IMG/VR virus record: IMGVR_UViG_3300025671_000187
Coordinates: 1-37,605 of that record
Direction: 5' to 3' (one strand)
From: a virus
Lineage: Duplodnaviria; Caudoviricetes
Length of the DNA: 37,605 bases
Shown: positions 34,561-37,605 of the stretch, one piece after another
Position numbering within the stretch: position 1 is the stretch's first letter
How the letters are laid out: every line of letters starts with the position of its first letter
Notes under the pieces: model-generated
Database searches by the model: none
The model's input: the letters and a program-made list of their open reading frames with translations, nothing else
What the model was told of the DNA's origin: nothing
Made by a program: the position numbers and the translations under genes

Positions 34561-35516
34561 GCATGGCAACAGCGCCCGACAGCGTGGACTTTGACGACAT
34601 CTTGGACCGCGACTTCGGCGAGGACGACAGCGGCGGCGGCGCGCCGGAGTCGGGTGGCGATGAGGATGGCAACGAGGGTGGCGGCAGCTTCCCCGTAGAC
34701 GAAGACGGTGAGGGTTCGGGGGACGACGACAGCGCCGGCCTGTTCTCGCCGCCAGACGAGAGCGAGCCCGGTGGCGATTCGAGCTACGACTACCGCGCCG
34801 AGCTGGCCGCGCGTGATCAGCAGCTCGCGGACATGCGCTCGCAGATCAGCCAGCTTACGGGCTCGCTGTCGCAGATGAACCAGATGTTCCAGCAGCTACC
34901 GAGCATGCTCAAGCAGGACAAGCCGGAGCCGGAGCCGGAGGACCCCTACAAGGATCTCGACCTCAACGACCCATACGACGTGGCGACCAAAGCCAACATG
35001 GAGGCCGAGCGCGTCCGTCGCGAGCTAGATGAACTCAAGCGCCAGATGTCGGATCGCGAGGAGACGCAGCGCAAGAGCCAGCACCAGCAGGCGCTCCAGC
35101 AGTGGGCCAGAACCACGATGGAGAACGGGCTCAAGCACTACGAGTCGCAGTTCGCGAGGAAGTTCGGCGGCAAGGTTCCGCAGGTGGTCCGTGAAGCGGC
35201 GTGGAGCGCTGCAAAGGACGCCTTCTACCAGCACGGCTACACGCAGGAGGCTGGCAACCACGCTATCCGCCTGATCCACAGCATCTTCGAGCGTTCTGCG
35301 AGCGAGCTGGGCGGTCGGTTCGCGCCTCCGCCCCCACCGTCTAGCGGGGGTAAGGACCGTTCGCGCACGGGAATGAAGCGGCGCTCATCGGCGCGCGGCG
35401 CGCCCGGTTCTGGATCACGCGGGCTGCGCCCGTCGAAGCCGGTCGAAAAGATGTCGAAGGAGGAGTTTGACCGTGAGGTCGACAACTACCTCGACAAGGT
35501 CTTTGGAGAGGACTAG
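34557..35516 (+). CDS. Capsid scaffolding protein
   Basis: Acidic disordered N-terminus, coiled coils and C-terminal KMSKEEFDREV helix; lies between portal and capsid. Confidence 0.7.
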   Translation: MSMATAPDSVDFDDILDRDFGEDDSGGGAPESGGDEDGNEGGGSFPVDEDGEGSGDDDSAGLFSPPDESEPGGDSSYDYRAELAARDQQLADMRSQISQLTGSLSQMNQMFQQLPSMLKQDKPEPEPEDPYKDLDLNDPYDVATKANMEAERVRRELDELKRQMSDREETQRKSQHQQALQQWARTTMENGLKHYESQFARKFGGKVPQVVREAAWSAAKDAFYQHGYTQEAGNHAIRLIHSIFERSASELGGRFAPPPPPSSGGKDRSRTGMKRRSSARGAPGSGSRGLRPSKPVEKMSKEEFDREVDNYLDKVFGED

Positions 35517-35595
35517 GGATTGCGGCTTGCAGCCGCACAACCCGTAACGTAGAGTCGGCGTCGCTGGCAACACGCTGACGTTTGGAGAAAGGAAC

Positions 35596-37044
35596 ATGGC
35601 GATTTCCAGCGAGCTGCTTGCCCGTTTCGACGGGCTGTTCAAGGACTTCTACAACCCGGAAATGCTCAAGACGCTGCCGGAGCACAACGAGCTCTACAAG
35701 CGCATCAAGAAGCTGTCTTCGGTGAAGTGGGAGGGTCGTAAGGGCGTGTTCGCTCTGCACACGCAACGGAACCACGGCATGGGTTTCCGTGGCGTGAACG
35801 ACACTGTGCCCTACGCGGGCTTTCAGGGCGTCACGCAGGGGGCTCTGGCCTACACGAGCTTCTACAGCGCGATCGAGCTGCATGATGAGGAGATCATGCG
35901 GGTCAAGACCGACCGTGGCGGCTTCAAGAAGACGCTGGACCTTGAGACGAAGGGTGTCGTGCGCGACGTGATGACGCGCTTCGGCACCTACGTCTACATG
36001 TTCCCGGCGCAGGCGCAGTCGAAGCCCATCCCCACCGCGACCGCCCTGACGCAGTACGCGACGGGCATCGGCATCGCGTCCGCCATCGGCGGCGGCTACG
36101 GCTCGCTGAACGCCGTGATGGCGTTTGTCGACGGCGCGCCATCGGTTGCGGGTGGCGTGGCGACGATCAACGTCAAGTGGCCCCTCGGCTACGCCGACCC
36201 GTCAGGCCAGTCCATCGGCGGTGCCCGCTACCTCGAGAAGGGACAGGTGCTGGCGTGGGGTACGCTTTCGGAGCTGAACTCCGGTGCGACGCTGGGCTTC
36301 GGTGAGATCACCGGCATCGACTACTCGGCGCAGCAGATCACCGTGGCGGTGCGTGGTGCCATTCCGCACAACCCCGCAGCGAACGACGCGCTGGTGCTCG
36401 CCAGCACGCCGGACAACCAGCTCCTGAGCGGCCACGAGTACGACAAGGGCATCAACGGCCTCGGCACGCTCTACAGCTTCGTGCAGGACGGCAACTACAG
36501 CACGTCCAGCGCGAACTACCTGTCACGTTTCTGCGACGTGGAGACGACCCCCGGTGGCGACTACGTCTGGCGTCCGCTCGTCAAGCAGAGTGGCGGCCAG
36601 TGGAACGAGCAGGAGGTCCACGAGGTCATCCAGCAGGTCGAGGAGATCGGCAACGGTCGCACCAACCTGCTGGTCAGCCACCACAGCGTCCAGCGCGAGT
36701 ACATCGCCGACATTCAGGCGTCGACGATGTACCAGCCGGAGAAGGTGAACGGCGGCTACAAGACCCTCCAGTTCTCGTCTGGCCGCGAGCTGGACTGGCT
36801 GGCCGACGCCAAGTGCCCCTACGGCACCATCTTCTGCCTCGACACCGAAGCCCTCGGCTGGGCGACGAAGGACGACTGGCACTGGGATGAGAAGGGCGGC
36901 GTGCTCAAGAGCCTGCTCACTGGTGGCACTGGTGGTCAGGACAAGGTGCGCGGCATCTACAAGTGGCGCGGCAACATGGGCATCGAAGCCCTGAACAAGC
37001 ACGCGGTCATCCACGGCATCAACGTGAGCGGCACGGTCAAGTAG
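35596..37044 (+). CDS. Major capsid protein
   Basis: 482 aa after the scaffold; strongly biased codons; HK97-fold-like order of elements (FKDFY, LHTQRN.G, INGL, ADAKCPYGTIFCLD, NKHAVIHGI). Confidence 0.8.
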   Translation: MAISSELLARFDGLFKDFYNPEMLKTLPEHNELYKRIKKLSSVKWEGRKGVFALHTQRNHGMGFRGVNDTVPYAGFQGVTQGALAYTSFYSAIELHDEEIMRVKTDRGGFKKTLDLETKGVVRDVMTRFGTYVYMFPAQAQSKPIPTATALTQYATGIGIASAIGGGYGSLNAVMAFVDGAPSVAGGVATINVKWPLGYADPSGQSIGGARYLEKGQVLAWGTLSELNSGATLGFGEITGIDYSAQQITVAVRGAIPHNPAANDALVLASTPDNQLLSGHEYDKGINGLGTLYSFVQDGNYSTSSANYLSRFCDVETTPGGDYVWRPLVKQSGGQWNEQEVHEVIQQVEEIGNGRTNLLVSHHSVQREYIADIQASTMYQPEKVNGGYKTLQFSSGRELDWLADAKCPYGTIFCLDTEALGWATKDDWHWDEKGGVLKSLLTGGTGGQDKVRGIYKWRGNMGIEALNKHAVIHGINVSGTVK

Positions 37045-37064
37045 ACCAGCTCAGGAACGGGGAC

Positions 37065-37092
37065 GGGTGGCCCTGCTTAGGCGGGGCCACCC
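37065..37092 (+). other. Stable hairpin after the capsid gene
   Basis: GGGTGGCCCTGC-TTAG-GCGGGGCCACCC with no U-tract; likely an mRNA stabiliser or partial terminator. Confidence 0.55.
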
Positions 37093-37110
37093 CCTCAAAC
37101 GGAGGCGCAC

Positions 37111-37605
37111 ATGCGCAACAGCCTCAAGAAGTTCAGCCCGTTCCAGCGCGTTGGCGCTGAGGATGTCGCGCTGCCCATCACGGCAGCCGTCAATGCCTCG
37201 ACCAAGGTGCAGTTCGGCCCGGCAACGCACCTCGCCCTCTCTCGGTGTCGCATCGTCCAGACGCTGGTGGCGGCGGCGGCAGACAGCGACTTCATGCTCG
37301 CTTCGATCGAGAAGAACGGCACGCGCGTGCCGGTGCGTGTCCGCGCGAAGACCACGTCGGGCCAGCTCTCCTACGTCGATTTTGACGGCACCACGACCGC
37401 CCTAAACGACACGCACACGGTGCGTCTCAAGGGCATCTGCGAGGCGACGACGACGTCGGCCGCTGGTCGCACGCCGGCTAACATGGTCGACGACATGAAG
37501 ACGGCGCTCGATGCAGTGCTGCCGAGCGGGTACTCCTGCACCGTCCGTGAGACGGGTCAGGCGATGCCCTCCGGCGTGCCGCAGAACCTGCTGGAGATTT
37601 CTGGC
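37111..37605 (+). CDS. Structural protein downstream of capsid, 3'-truncated
   Basis: ATG 37111 with GGAGG; frame MRNSLKKFSPFQRVG... is open to the window end. Absent from the ORF track because it has no stop. Confidence 0.7.
   Translation, partial: MRNSLKKFSPFQRVGAEDVALPITAAVNASTKVQFGPATHLALSRCRIVQTLVAAAADSDFMLASIEKNGTRVPVRVRAKTTSGQLSYVDFDGTTTALNDTHTVRLKGICEATTTSAAGRTPANMVDDMKTALDAVLPSGYSCTVRETGQAMPSGVPQNLLEISG

Noticed and set aside
35521-35537. Hairpin TGCGGCT-TGC-AGCCGCA between scaffold and capsid as a terminator
   Set aside because: Short stem, no U-tract, inside an operon; at most an mRNA stability element.
1-37605. Complete circular genome or terminal repeat
   Set aside because: Both ends lie within ORFs, share no overlap, and head-completion/tail genes expected after the capsid are missing.
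1-37605. Integrase, reverse transcriptase/DGR, tRNA genes, or stop-codon recoding
   Set aside because: No such motifs or cloverleafs were recognised, and genes tile densely under the standard code using TGA and TAG stops.

Overview
This window is a high-GC (roughly two-thirds by eye) fragment of a tailed dsDNA phage genome. It starts and ends inside genes, so it is not a complete circle. A short-tailed (podo-like) virion and a Gram-negative host are inferred. The + strand carries late genes: small ORF, terminase large subunit, four low-complexity ORFs, portal, scaffold and major capsid (26015-end), then, at the window start, large probable ejection proteins, a tail-fibre-like protein and a lysis cassette (holin-like ORFs, M15 peptidase endolysin, nested spanin pair). 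The - strand (8995-25988) carries an SLT transglycosylase, four XRE-HTH regulators, a RecU-like resolvase, an ERF annealase, a RecE-like exonuclease, a lambda-O-like HTH initiator with an internal iteron origin, SSB, a phage Dam methylase, a LamG-like protein and about 16 small, often acidic early ORFs. The most striking feature is in the early region (13416-20954). Nine intergenic spacers share a covarying RNA architecture: a long tetraloop-capped hairpin just after the previous stop codon (or a promoter in its place), a short GGC/GCC hairpin, an A/C-rich linker, and a GCCCC-loop-GGGGC hairpin abutting the Shine-Dalgarno. This makes the early region look like an array of expression cassettes. 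A second copy of the origin iteron motif lies about 10.7 kb from the origin. No integrase, DNA polymerase, helicase, tRNA or CRISPR array was recognised. All product calls come from motif recognition by eye; no database search was run.
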